Below, in pieces: positions 48,457 to 61,782 of a stretch of DNA of 64,000 nt. This DNA is from Perna viridis. Taxonomy: Eukaryota. Numbering within the stretch: the first letter of the stretch is position 1; the number at the start of each line of letters is the position of its first letter. Below the pieces are notes generated by a model, which saw only the letters and a list, made by a program, of their open reading frames with translations, ran no database searches and was not told the DNA's origin. Where the stretch lies: assembly GCA_037379345.1 (NCBI GenBank), contig CM074523.1, positions 9,351,507-9,415,506 of the forward strand. Reading direction: 5' to 3'. The translations under genes were made by a program, and so were the position numbers.

Positions 48457-49420
48457 GATAAAACGGTACTATTTTAACTCCGAATCTAAATCAAGTCTTT
48501 TAGTAACAAATACACACATCCAAACATACAAGAAATATTATAAGAAATCATATATACATATATGCCCATTCAAAGTAAATGTAGAAACTGGAACAGTACT
48601 TTGTAAGAGACATTCTTGTGAATAACATTGGAATCCATAGCCTTGACAGTTCGTGGAAAAAAATAATACAAAATATTGCCTACATAAAAAAAATCAATTA
48701 AAAAATACTTCACTTTTATCTTCCACTGGGAGAATATTCAAGGTCTTAGACTGTCAACAAGAAAACACTGAAATTCACTTTTAAATTCTACACAAAAACA
48801 ATCTACAACACTCCAAAAAGAAAAATTGCTGCCATGAAATTAAAAGTTGAATCAAGCCAAAATTTAACACAAAAATTCACTTAACTTCTTGACAAATAGT
48901 GATCTAAGTAAACACTCTCTTGTACTTCCAAACAATACAAAATGTCTACAGATTTTTCAATTTTCAAATATGAACAGAATTGTTTTGTAAACATTCATTT
49001 AATAGCGTCATACAAAACCACTATTAATCCTACATTCAGAAAATATAAAATCCTAGCGTGGTAGAATAAATCAAGTTAGAAAATCTATCCTTAAACTATA
49101 CATCGTGTATATCTATATTAAACTGTGGAAACTTATGCTACAACCTCTGACCCCTGTTGCGCCCTTTTATTGAGAAATTGAATTTTGAAAAGTCGTAGAT
49201 TTAAATAACCACATTTACTTTACGTGTGGAAACAGTCCCCTTAGGCCATATCTTACTATGTAAAACTTGCAATTGAGTTTTATTGTAGGTAAGATATATC
49301 TTTACTACATCTTGGTAATTACGCGGTAGAGATCCTAGGCATTGTTCTGCGACATTTTAACAATGTTTGGACAACAATTATATCACATTTAAATTTCTAT
49401 TGTGTGGGCGGACTTTAAGA
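48457..49420 (-). promoter_or_regulatory. Putative internal promoter/5' UTR upstream of candidate first exon A
   Basis: Visibly more CpG dinucleotides than the CpG-depleted gene body (judged by eye), and no recognisable repeat. Start site not defined. Confidence 0.35.
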
Positions 49421-49597
49421 AATAATGGGACCTAGGAAATTGAACTATATAAATGATACTTATGTTGATGACCACCAAATTAAATTTCATAATATTAAGT
49501 ATAAATGATAGTCGTCATTAAATTAGATATTGACTAAGTATATGACCATGTAATTGTACTATGATAATGTACAAAGAAACCAACTTTAAATGAACAT

Positions 49598-49762
49598 TGA
49601 ATAATATGAATACCTGTCTAAACCAAATCCTGGATAATCTGAAAACCTGTCTGAACTGAACTGAACTCTGAATAATCTGAACACCTGTCTAAACCAAACC
49701 CTGAGTAATATGAATACCTGTCTAAACCAAACTCTAAATAATCTGAAAAACTGTCTAAACCA
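49598..49762. repeat. Degenerate ~33-bp tandem repeat containing acctgtctaaaccaaa, likely expanded from a pogo-like MITE
   Basis: About 5 units; the same motif is on the opposite strand at 13350-13480. Confidence 0.7.
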
Positions 49763-51309
49763 GACATTTTTTGAAGTCACTAAATGTCAGTTTAAATGTA
49801 TTTTGAACCTACATAAACCAAAAAATGAAATAAAGTGCCAAGTACATGTTCTCTCAAAGTCCCACTGTTACATTACATCAGTGCACAATATTTCAGAAAC
49901 AGAAGTCAAAGAAAAGAAAATGCAATCTATAAAGAATACAATGATATAGCAGTCCATCATTTTTATGAAGCAACAGGACTCAGTCTTCACTGTTAAGTTT
50001 TGATCCACTTTCTCACACCATACTTTGGACTGCACAATTTTTCGTATAAAGATATTACTGGCCTCTCAGTGGAATTTTTACAGGCCTACCAACATTTTTG
50101 CCCACCTTAAATAGTAGTTTTTTAAAAGGCATATTTAACAGACAGACAAATGCGATATGATATGGACAAATACATTATACTTGCCCATGAGAAAAAAGCC
50201 ATGGAGTATACAGAGTAAGTTCATTGACCACTGAAACCATAATCTTAAAACAGGAAATACTGTGAGCATGCTCACAAAGAGAAAAGCGGTACCTCACACT
50301 CCAAATGAAGATAAAAGTGAAACCTTGAATCTCCCACTTGACACTAATTATATTTTTTCATGCACATCTACATATGATGCCAAATCTTCCTATCAAATTT
50401 CATCAAAAACCCTTGAGCAGTATAAGAGGAGTTGCGCATTACATGAAATGTGGACAGACAGATAGAGGGTAATTCTTCCATACCCTCCCAACATTGGTTT
50501 GTATGGGATATAATGATAAGCACTATTGTAGTCACATTCAACAAGTCTAGTAAGAAGATATAATAGTGTCATTATATATCAATAGTATGAAGTTTTATTA
50601 CAATAGACATGACACCAATTTGTGTCTTTATGGGCTTAAGAAAGTTGTGTTCAGGCCATCTTTTCTTTGATGTTTCTTAATTAAATTCTAATAAAAGGTA
50701 AAAACACAGGTGTGAAAACTTTTAAAATGTCCAGGTGATGAAATAAAATGATAATTAGATATTTAAACATGATAATACTGAGATTTACATGTGTTTAACA
50801 GATAAGAAAGGTGGATGTCACCCTAAAAACTACTGTAGTGATTACATTAAACATGTCTACATCAGATTTGGATTTCATTTCTGAAATCAGCCAATGGTTT
50901 TGAAGGAAACGTTACCCCCTCACTACAAAGTGGTTATTTTTATAAAGAAAACAAGGTGACTACAGAACATCCAAATATTTAGGCCCCTTCAGCAATCCTT
51001 GGTTTGTACAAGGAAGAGTCCAACTGTAAAGAACCCCTATCAACAAAGGTCTTGACAAAAATGAATATAACTTATAAAAAAGAAAACAAGGTGACTGCAT
51101 TATATCCAAAATATTTAAGACTCATTGGTAGTTCTTGTAATAAATCCAAGGAAGCCTCCTACTGTAAGGTAAAGAACCCTGCACCAAATACTGAAACTAT
51201 TATAGAGTACTCCTGAATGTTAAGAAGCCTTGGACTCCCACACTGTTTTATCCCCCACTCCAAGATATGCCCACTATTTACAATATTACCTGCTGTCAAA
51301 CAATCTTAC

Positions 51310-51770
51310 CTTGACTTGTGTTGAGAGCTGATTTTCTCTTTGAACTCTTGTCTTTTCTCTTTCGCTTTTCAGGTTCTTTTACATCTTTTGCTACATCTGA
51401 TGTCAATGCTGTTAACTTAGAACTTTCATCTTCCTGCACTGAAGTTTTAGTAACATCCCTAGGAGAAATGTCAAGGTCAAAAGAAGAGGTAAATGATGAT
51501 GTTGATGACTGTGATAGTTTCCGCTTTTCTTTTTCAGCTGCATCGCATTTTTCTTTTGTCTCCTTGGCACTTGTTGCTAAGACAACACTCTTCTGCTCAG
51601 AAAGAAGTTCTCCATCATGTGTTGTCATTATTGTAATGTCCTCCATCTTGGTTTCTGCAGCTTTAGCCAATATAGTGCAAGGTTCAGAACTTTCTATCAA
51701 CTTCTCTGTTGCCATGGCAACTGCTGTCACCTCTGATACAACTTTTTCTGGGGAAGACGTTTCCCTCTCC
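51310..51770 (-). CDS. SVIL: Supervillin-like exon (461 nt, phase 2-1), KERETSSPEK...ALNTSQ
   Basis: Acceptor tttcttgacag|G and donor CAAG|gtaaga. Continues the previous exon in frame (AA|G = Lys); lies within ORF 51296-51934. Confidence 0.85.
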
Positions 51771-54013
51771 CTGTCAAGAAAGTTCCATTGCAACAACAAT
51801 GAGTAACAATCAAACCACAGTCCCAAAAAGATAAAAAACCAATAAGTATCATTTCTACTGTATACCTGCAGATAAGGTACCGTAACACTACTGCTAACTG
51901 TAGAATGATTTGGATTAAAGAAAACAAAAAACATATGTTGAATTTCTTCCTACACTTCATCAATGCCAAAGAGAGAGAACAATGGATGTAATTATGTAAG
52001 GTTCACAAATATTATCTACAAAATTAGCACTAGATCTGACATTTCTATTTCATATTGACTTTGGTTTTTTTTTCTTTCACAATAAATTTGATATTTGGTT
52101 TAGACATCTGATTATTTAAGGGTTTAAAATCCATTTTTAATTCTTCCTTATGTTTGGTTTTTCATTTTTTGGCATTTACTTAAAAAATCACATTACAATT
52201 ATAATATCTAAGAATATTCTTTACAAATACAAACTTTTGCTGTTTTCACACTGGTCAAATGACTAATTCAATGTAATCAAAATGTTGACATACCATAAAA
52301 CCTGATATCAAGGAAAAGACTAACAGTAATAAAAAATATATAATGATATAAAAAATGGTAGAAAATGTAATGAACATCCACTCAAACGGGTGTACTTTCC
52401 TATGTTGAAGTAGGGGTATATACATGTATAGAAAAGTGCACAATAACTAAATAGTGACTATTTTTTTAGCATTGGTTTATCTTGTCATATTGATCCATTA
52501 ATCAAATTTAAATATGGGTCAACTAGCTAGCATACATATACATAAAGGTTAAACACAAAAGGATCTTAGCTTAGATATGATGAATGACTCCAAGCAGAAC
52601 ATTAATTCCAAATGCTTAAAAAAAATGGACAACTCTTGTCTTTGCAAATATTAATACATGTTTATGGGATGGGTTTTGCATATGATTATCAATATTTCTT
52701 GATACATACTTTCTTCTGATTTTTTTCATGTACCCATGATCTTAAGATCTGTTGCTAAACTGTTTAATTCACATACATGTAATCAGAGTTATCTCTCTTT
52801 GAATATGTACTTAATACCATCTTGGTAGGTAACAGGTAGTTCATTACCATCAGGATATGCCAAAACACTTATAAAAGTAACATACTTAACACATTTTGTT
52901 TTTATAGAGTGTTAATTGAGGAAAAAATCATGTTCATGGCTGCTATAATTAGGCTCTTTGATGTACAAGGCTGACTTGTACTTTTGCATGGACACATTAG
53001 TTGTTCAATGGGAAATTAAAAAAGAGGATGGTAAAAACTTTTCAGCTTAACAGAAATTTTGAACTACAATAAGATTAGTTTAAAAGTTTAAAGTGTGGTC
53101 AAAATGACTGCATGCTTCTAAGGCCTTGGCTAAAACTTATAGCAATAAAAGAATAAAGAATGGCAGATCCAGATAAAAGAGGAAAGCTGTGTTAGCATTA
53201 GAAGGTAGTCGTGTAGCCAACTTCTAGATGAGCTTGAATGTGGCTAATTAAATTTTGAGGATAGCCTATTCAAATACATTGGACATTAGCCACATTTGTC
53301 TATGCCTTTATTTCATTAACAGTGTGGCTAATGCAAATTTTCTAACACCACTAACACAGGAAGGAGGTTGGGTGGGGGTGTGCTTGTCAAACTGACTAAC
53401 CTAACAGGGGCCCATTGCAGTAATTTTCAATTTAATCAAACAAAATTTGAAGTGTAAAGATGGGTTGAGGGGTGGAGGACAGACCCACCTATGGTAAGTT
53501 TGATGACATTAAGGATTTGTTACAGAAGTTTTAAATGCAATAGTGTCAACCAAGCATTCAAGGCCAACTAAAATAATAATTGTGGTTATTAGGCCATCTA
53601 TTATGTCTTGGAAAGATTCTTTATTACCAAATTTAATAATATAAAATTACAACAATGGGCCTCATTTTTTTAAATACGAACAATGTAAAAAGCCTCATAA
53701 TAATTTTGTCTCAGGGCAATATCATTGTTATATTCTTCCATAAAAAATTGAGATAGAAAATTTAACTAAATGGCCTTATTCTGTCTACAATACAATATTG
53801 TATTATGGCATGCATGTGTTTCCATAAAAACACTCTTCAAGTTTCTATGTTATAATATTAAGATTCTTAAACTGCCAATATACAAACAATGCAATTTTTT
53901 TTAAGGGTAGAAACAGAGTTTTTTTTCTTTTTTTCTCAGCAATATGCAGTGGTAAAAAATGGCATCCCTGAAAGCAAGGTACAACTTGATTTTAAACTAA
54001 GTACATTACTTAC

Positions 54014-57000
54014 TTTTGATGTTTGTCAGCATCTGACTTACTCCTCTGTAGAACTTTTTTCCGAAGTGACCGTTTTGTTTTATGATGGTCAGCCTGTAAA
54101 GCCTGAGCAACAGGACTAGGTTGCTGATGCTTTTCCAAGTTACAGACTTCAATATCTGATAAATAGTCCACATTTTCCATCAAAATGTCATCAAGGTCTG
54201 GTGTATCTGCCAAAATTCCAACAGATTTAATCCGAGGAGACATTTTTGGACTTCTTGGACTTGCTGTAATATCCTTATCAGTCAGTGACTTACTCCTTGA
54301 TACAGGTTTAGATTGTTTTGGACTAGATGTTGCTTCACTTATTTTGATATTTGAATTTTTAGATTGATCAGATTCTGTTGAAAATTTTATTGTGGGTGTT
54401 GAAACAGGTGATACTGAAGTATTTACTGCAATACTTGTCAATGGCATGCTTGACTGAACAGTTGTAGATGCTGTACATGCTAAACACTCTGATGATAGGG
54501 TACTCTCTGATTTTTCTGCACATGTGGGTATCACAGCCGAGGAACTGAACTTTTCCGAAGCAGCAGATGTTGAAGAAGAAACTTTAACTTTTTCATTGTA
54601 AAGAGAGGGTTTAGTTTCAGTAGCCAATGACTGTGGAGCTTTACTTGTCGAGGTATTTTTTGACACAGATGACGTTGTAACATTTGTTGTAACAAGAGTT
54701 GTTTTGGCTATTGCACTTTCTGTCTTCACTTTTTCATCAACTCCATCTACTTTACTTGTACTAGTTTCCATTGCAGGAACTTTGGGAGTCTCTAAAGACG
54801 ATGGTTGAGTTGATGAGGAGCTCAATGATGAGATTTTAACAGCAGATACAGTATTTGTAGTACTTGTAACATTTGACATGCTTGCAGAAGAACTAAGTTG
54901 TGATTCAGAGGTATTAGAACTAGTCCTCACACTAACAGGTCTAGCCACACTAGTAACTGGTTTCACCTTGTCGGATGAGGCACCAATTTGCATTTTTGAG
55001 GTCAGGGAGGAACTGGAAGAGCTTCCAGTCACTATCTGAGGACTAGGTACTGATTTACTTGCAATTTTATCAGATGAGGCACCAGTTTGCATAACAGAGG
55101 TCACTGAGGAACTTGAAGAGCTTTCTGTCACAACCGCCAAGTTAGGTTTAGAACTACTTGTAATTTTGTTAGATGAGGCACTGGTTTGCATTTTCATTGC
55201 CATAGATGGGATTTCTGTTTTTTGTATAGAAATTTGAGTTCTCGCTTTAGGTATATTTTCAAGTTCTTTTTGCTTGACAGACACAGTTGATCCAGTTTTT
55301 ACAGAAATAGGTTGACTTGTTGAAGAAGTAAATTTTACCGAATGGGTAGATGATACAGATGTGGAAGTTGGGGACTTTGGAACACTAAATAATGAAGTAG
55401 TTTTTGTTGTTACCACTTCAGAACTAGTCACAATCATCAAAGATGAACTTGATGTAGCTTTTGTTGTGGTTGACTTTGGACCAGTTATTTGAGTTGAGGT
55501 TTTAGCTGCACTAACTACATTGCCTTTGGTTTTGGGGACAGAATTAGAAGTTAAGCTTGAAACTTTAAGCTCAGTCTTTGGAACAGAACAAGATTTTGAA
55601 ACTATTGTATCAGCAATTTTTTCCTTATTTAAAGTTTTTGATACTGCAATTTTAGAAACCTCCTTTTCATGGCTGCCTGAGTCTTTCATTTCAGGTGAAT
55701 TTGGAGAGATTGGAGGTTGAGATACATTTACTGTTTTTAGTTCAATTTTCCCGTCCTGTTTTGTTGAATGAACTTTTGAACTTTTTATTCCTGAAACAGA
55801 ACTGTCTTTTGAAACTAACACACTAGGTTTATTGTTAACTTTTCCACTTTCCCATCGTTCTGATTTTGAACTAAGCTTAACTGTACCTTTTGGTGTACTG
55901 ACAGTACTACTACTTTTGTTAGCACTAGTACCTTGTTTGGACAGAATACTGTTGTTCTGAGTTTCTGTATGGCTATCTTTGTCTGTTGCTTCACCTTTAT
56001 CACTACCCTTGTTTATAGGGACATGTCCAGATCTTTGGTAACGCTTACGCATATGCTTTGGTGATGGTATAAGAGTTTTAGACTCTTTTGGGGCCTCTAT
56101 TGTAGAGGTACTTGCTGATTTTGGTTTCTTTCCAGATTTTGAATCTTTTGAACTTTCTTTTCTGTCCATTTGAAATGAAACAAAATCTCCTTCCCTTTTT
56201 AATATGCTTGCTTCATCTGCAAAAGCTTTTTTCACATCACTTTCTGAAATGACTTGTCTTTTATGACGTTCTGTTTTTGGTGATCTAACATCTTTCTTTG
56301 CACTAACTGATGATAAGTTAGATGCCAAAATTTCTTTGCCCTTAGAAGAAAATTCTATACTAGATTTTGGTCGTGCAGGCTCTGGAGATTCACCTAATGC
56401 AGTGGGTATTGAAGGTAATTTACGCCTACTTTTGTGTGGTTTTTCAAGCATGCTGTCATCGTCTGCTTTCACTATAGGCTTTTGATCAGAGTCATGTGAC
56501 TTTTCTGTTTCTCCAAAAAGAAATTTTTGCCTCATTTTTTCCATTGAAAACATATAGCCACCCTTTTTATCTCCTTGCTCTTGTTCTTCTTGATTTGACC
56601 TTTTATTATCTTGGTCATCTGAATGTTTTTTAGAATCATGTTTAATCATTGATGACAAAGTTTCTCTTGTTCTTGCATTTATTTGATCAATATTTTCATC
56701 TTCTTCATCTCCAGTTGACAGTTTATGATCTCTCTTAGACAATTTTTCATAATATTTTTCTCTTGGAGACTTTATTTCCTCGGGACTTGTTAACGATTTT
56801 TCCTTTTCATATTTTAATTTTCCCTTCAATTTTTGACTCTCTGTATCCCCTTGGATATTTTTTGAACGAGGGCTATCAACATCACCATGGAGACTTTTTG
56901 ACCTTGTGACAGGTGTCACTTGTTTTTGAGGAGAATCTACTTTCATGCTTTGGGAACGAGACACCTTGGATTTTTCTTCGTCAAATTTCCGCGAAGAAAT

Positions 57001-59149
57001 GAATAATGATGGAACAACATCACCCTTTTCTTTTTCATCAGTTTTCTCACCAAAACGATTCGCAATGTAAGCTAATTGCTTCTTTCGTTCCTCTTTGTAT
57101 TTTGCAATTCGTTCCACTCGAGAAAGTTTCGAAAGTTCGGCAAAAGATATGGGAGTTGATGACTTTCTTTCAGCCTCACTTTCAGCCATGCTTATACTTG
57201 AAGCTGTAGAAGTTTCCTCCGATTCAGAGTCATCATCTCGAGACAAAATTGATGCAATGTCTGTTGTCTCTGCTTTTTTATATAGTCCTTGTAACTTTTT
57301 ACGCTGTTGTGAAATTGTTGAATCAATGTCATCTTTCTTATCAGTAGATACAGTTGATCTTGAAGGAGTTTTAGTGGTGTCTGATTTATTTTGATTGTCA
57401 GGCACCTTAAAAGCGTGCCCAAAGACGGCAGACATTGGCCTGTCTACCTGTTTCTTTGGTTCAAGCTTATCAAAATCAGTTACAGATTTTGGCCTCTCAT
57501 TCTTGGGTCGTAATATCACAGTTTGTTCAACCTGCTCACTTTGAACAACAGTTTTTTCTTTAATGGTACCAGACTGAGGCAAATGTGATCGTCCTCGAAA
57601 AAATGTGGAATCATGTCTTATTTCAGATTTATCATTAACTTCTTCAATTTTTTTTCTGGTAGATATTGAATCTTTACTTCTTGAAACATTTTTATCTTGA
57701 AGACTAGTTGAACTTCTTGGTTTAGTTTCCTCTCCTTCTTTTCTAACATGTAAGTTAACCTTTGTTTTTTCTTCTTTTGTGTCTTCTGTATTTTTTACAT
57801 TATATCTATCTTTTTGAGATCTTAGCTTTTCATGTATAGCTTGAGGTGACTCAAAAGAACTAGCAGTTGATTTCTTTTGACTAGATTCTCCCTTTGGAAC
57901 TTCTTTTGATGTATCAATAAAACCAGAGTCATCACTCATTTGCACTGACTCCTTTAAATGCTTAACGTGTGATCTAGATCTTGCATGAGCTTGTTTATCA
58001 CCTACTCCTTTCAATGTTTCTGAAGTATCTTTGAGAGGTGTAAATTCTGTCCCAAAAATAAACGAAGACGGTCGTGATGAATCACTCAGGTCACATGACC
58101 CAGGTCGAGACAAATCAACAGAAGAGGTTTCACTACCATCATCTTTGCTAGAGTCTTTAGACAAATCCCTCCGTCTACGAACTTCATTGTATCGAGATCT
58201 CAAAACAGGACTATCTTTCTGACGGAGAATATTTTTCACAGCATCAGCTCTAGTACGCAAATCACTTATTTGAGACAGAATATTATGATCTTGGTCATGA
58301 GGAGCATGAGTGTCTTTTGTTTCTGTGTGAGCTCTACTTTCTATGTGATGATCATGCCTAGTTGGTCGTGGCACTTTAATATCAGATTCTGTTACCTCCC
58401 TTTGCTTTGTTAAATTTGACCTTTCGTGACCTTCACTAGAGGCATGTTTCTCCCATTCAGTTCTCTTTCGCCTCCATTCATCCAAAGGGCTGTTTGCAGA
58501 AATTTCTGAAGAAAAGGGGCTATCAAAAGTTCTATCATTCTGTCCTTCAGTGTCCTTAATCCTCCCTGTAATTGTATTTTCTAAAGACGTGTGTTTATTT
58601 CTATCTGAGTGAGTTAAATCTTCTAATGCCTTACGGTGGCGCCACCTAGGAATGTTGTAAGAATTTTCGTCCAATGACTTACTAACGGAAGTAGAGACAG
58701 ATTGAGAAGTTTCAAAGAAAGGTTGATCTAGGTCAGTTTTGTCCTTACGAATTCTTTCTCTAATTAATGCTAACTTTTCTTTCGGTGTCAATTCAGACTT
58801 TTTAGTACTTATAGGCTCCTCAGCTTTAAAGTTTTTGTCTTGCAAATTTTCCCGGTCCTTTTTTTGTCTTTCTCGATATCGGCTATAATAACTTGGGTAC
58901 AGTGAGGGTTCTTCCAGATCACTGGAGACATGCTCCTCTCTCTGGTCAGAGTGGGTGCTTCTAAGTCTGTATGGACGATGTATTTCTTGATTGTCACTAG
59001 AACTATCACTATATTTCCTGTACTTTTCATTATAGGTGTCACGCCAACTTGACCGTGATGGAGTGCTATTTATATCTGTCACAAAGTCTTCTAATTTAGA
59101 AGGTGTATAAATCATTTGGTGTTCTGGTCTGTATGTTGAATCCCCATAC
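54014..59149 (-). CDS. SVIL: Supervillin-like gene, giant internal exon (5136 nt, phase 2-2); charged then Ser/Thr-rich low-complexity region
   Basis: 1721-aa ORF. Acceptor ttatttttaag|GTATGG at 59150/59149; donor CAAAA|gtaagt at 54014/54013. Encodes LSRVERIAKYKEERKKQLA (about 57070-57130), which matches the supervillin N-terminal motif ERIARYKAERRRQLA. Confidence 0.85.
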
Positions 59150-59630
59150 CTTAAAAATAAAATAGCAACACTCAATTAATCTATTTGTCATTCAGTAACC
59201 ATAGTTACAATTACAGATACATCTAAAATAATTTTTAAAAAATACCAATGTACAAAACTTCAAATATTTTTCTGTATCATAACAACACTAATAGATGTAT
59301 AACTTAACAACAAATGAGGACTGTTTAAAATTCTATTTGCAATGCAAATTGTACTATCCCTTCACCCTGTAAAAGTTGACACTGTGACCTTGACCTATGA
59401 TCTTGAAGATCAATTGAGTTCCTCAAGTCTATTAGTACCTGGTACTTATATACTAAGTTCCCGAGATTTACCAAATTTGATCAAAAATTGATGTCAGTTT
59501 CTTGTTGAGTGATCACAAAGAGTAATCATGGACAGACAGACAAATGTATCACTATTGCAACAAATTTCAACAAATACAGCTTTATCCATCTTTTTTGAAA
59601 CATGTTTGTTGCTTATACTGTTGTTGATGT

Positions 59631-60183
59631 TAATAATATAGTTATTAAATGGGTTGGATGCAACAGACCAGAATATTTGTCCTGAGGTACTGAGAATGAT
59701 CAAGTGTTCTATTGGTCTCTGGCAATAGAACACTTGATCATTCTCAGTACCAAAGGACAAATGTTCTGGTCTATTGCATCCAACCCAATTAATAAATGTT
59801 TTATTACCTAATTTGTCTATGAGATATAATACAGAATGGAAATGGGGAATATGTCAAAGAGACAACCATTCGACCAGGAATAGGAAATTGACCTCTCCAT
59901 GTTTATGAATTGGCAGACGAGAGTCACATCTACGTTTTTACACACAAGTTTTTTGCGTGTAAATTTCAATTCAATGAAGTACTTAAAAAAAGTTCAACCA
60001 ATCAAAAGACTTAGATAAAGGTCATTATGGGGTCAGTGCAATAGACTTCTGAAGGAGACTATTGCACCGTGCAATAGTACATCGACAGTGCAATAGATCG
60101 CCCTGTCCTGAATAAATTTTGAAAATAGAGAAAAATAAGTGTATATTTAATAAACAAGATAAAACCTTATAATTAGGTAATAA
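59631..60183. mobile_element. Non-autonomous element with a long terminal hairpin and an internal inverted repeat (Crypton-like architecture, inferred)
   Basis: 73-bp arms at 59642-59714 and 59723-59795 with an 8-nt loop. ttattacctaatt (59801) is inverted to aattaggtaataa (60171-60183). A nested repeat fragment sits at about 59835-59885. Confidence 0.65.
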
Positions 60184-61305
60184 CAACAATTATACTGCAA
60201 CCATTCCATTTGAGCAGTCAGAATGAATTGACCGAAAACACATTGACCGCATATTCTCAAGTGATATATAGTCACTAACTGGATATAACTTTCTGTTGTA
60301 ATGTCACCAACATTGATTGTTTTTAAGTTGCGAGGATGTTCCCTATTTGAATTGAAAAATGTTGTTGCTAAAAACATTGTTTTTCCTCCACATATCTGCT
60401 GCTGTATAAAAACATTAGAAGTGCACTGACTTGACAAAAACTTTGATTCGGCACAAACCGATGAAAATGCTTGGCACAGCATCGTATATTCGTGTAGTTC
60501 TAAGCCTCATCCATCTATTGGATTTATGGCAAGTCAGTGCACTGCTGTTGTCTATATAAATGTCCATGCACGTTGAAGGCCCTTATTTGAATAAAAACAA
60601 TTCTTTTTCTTCTAATGCCCATCAGGTGATTGACCAGGGAAAGTAACAAATGCACATTTCATTCCGAGTACATGAAACATAATAAATTACATCAATTCAC
60701 AGCAATGCAGAATAGCAAAAACAACCACATTTCTATGCAAATGAAAATTTTTTATACAGCAACTATTGTCACATAGAACGATCAGTATACATAGTCAGGT
60801 TAGAATGTACATGTATTACAAATGCACTATTCGCTTTATACATTCTTGAGGTTGACTCCTTTTGAACTAATTATCCTACTTCCCTTTAACTGTAATTTTC
60901 ACCTGATTATTCATACACAATTATTAATGATCACACCTGTAATCTAACAGGGTACATTTTTATATGCATGTGTGGTCATAAATATTATATCTCTATAATA
61001 AATGTTAAATGTCATTCCTTATCAATAAAATCTGACATGTGTATTCCAGGTCAATTAATTAGTATTGTCTTTCATGATTGTGTGTCCATGTTAATTAATC
61101 AAGGAGCACAATCAGGTTAATTGATGTGATCTAATGGGGCACAGTCAGAAGTTTATTACAAATTAACCATATGCTAAAGATATGCTATATTTGTTTTAAA
61201 ATGAATGTATTTAAAAGTAAGTCAACCTTTTTCAAAGATCCTATTTTCTATCCCATCTTGCTTTGTCACAATAATTTTTTTCAGAAGTATGCACAACTTC
61301 ATATT

Positions 61306-61457
61306 ATTTCTTAACTCCAAACAAAGTTTCATGAAATTTGGGACAGTAGTATCAGAGGAGTTGTGCTAACAAAAGAGTAATGGACAGACAGACAGACAGA
61401 TTGACAGACAGGGCAAAAACAATATGTGTTCTGACTAAAGTTGGGGGAATACAAGTC
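61306..61457 (+). mobile_element. pearl/CvA-like (non-autonomous Helentron-type) 3' end with (GACA)n microsatellite
   Basis: aagtttcatgaaattt...ggacagacagac...ttgggggaatacaa. Near-identical copy at 63837-63984; other (GACA)n-bearing relatives near 3350, 17490, 25830, 42110, 44655, 50450 and 59530. Confidence 0.65.
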
Positions 61458-61773
61458 AACATAAGTACATACCAGGCCACCCATATTATTTTTTGAACCT
61501 CCAACAGTTATTTTGTTAGGTAAACCAGACGCAAACTAAGGCTAAAAAATCTTAAACCTTGACAAAAATTAGGCAATTTAAACTCTGAATAGCAAATAAA
61601 CATTACAAGGGAAAACACATGTAGATCTAATTATCACAACTCCCTAACTTGATCTTCAACCTGCAATCATAAACTTTCTCAAGGTTATATAAAAATGATT
61701 CATAATCCAAATATATCATTTTATTTATCACTAACTCATCAAACAAATATTTATTCTAACAAGTCAGCCTTAC

Positions 61774-61782
61774 TTATCATCA
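61774..61782 (-). CDS. SVIL: Candidate 9-nt microexon (T GAT GAT AA, phase 2-2; adds x-D-D-K)
   Basis: ttgtgtttgtcctgtttccag|TGATGATAA|gtaagg. The phase matches the giant exon (AA|G TAT = K-Y). Confidence 0.45.

Noticed and set aside
59150-59175. Start codons given by the ORF track for the large ORFs (59175, 51934, 19152, 8865, 7709)
   Set aside because: These N-terminal extensions are intronic pyrimidine tracts upstream of clear AG acceptors, not real starts.
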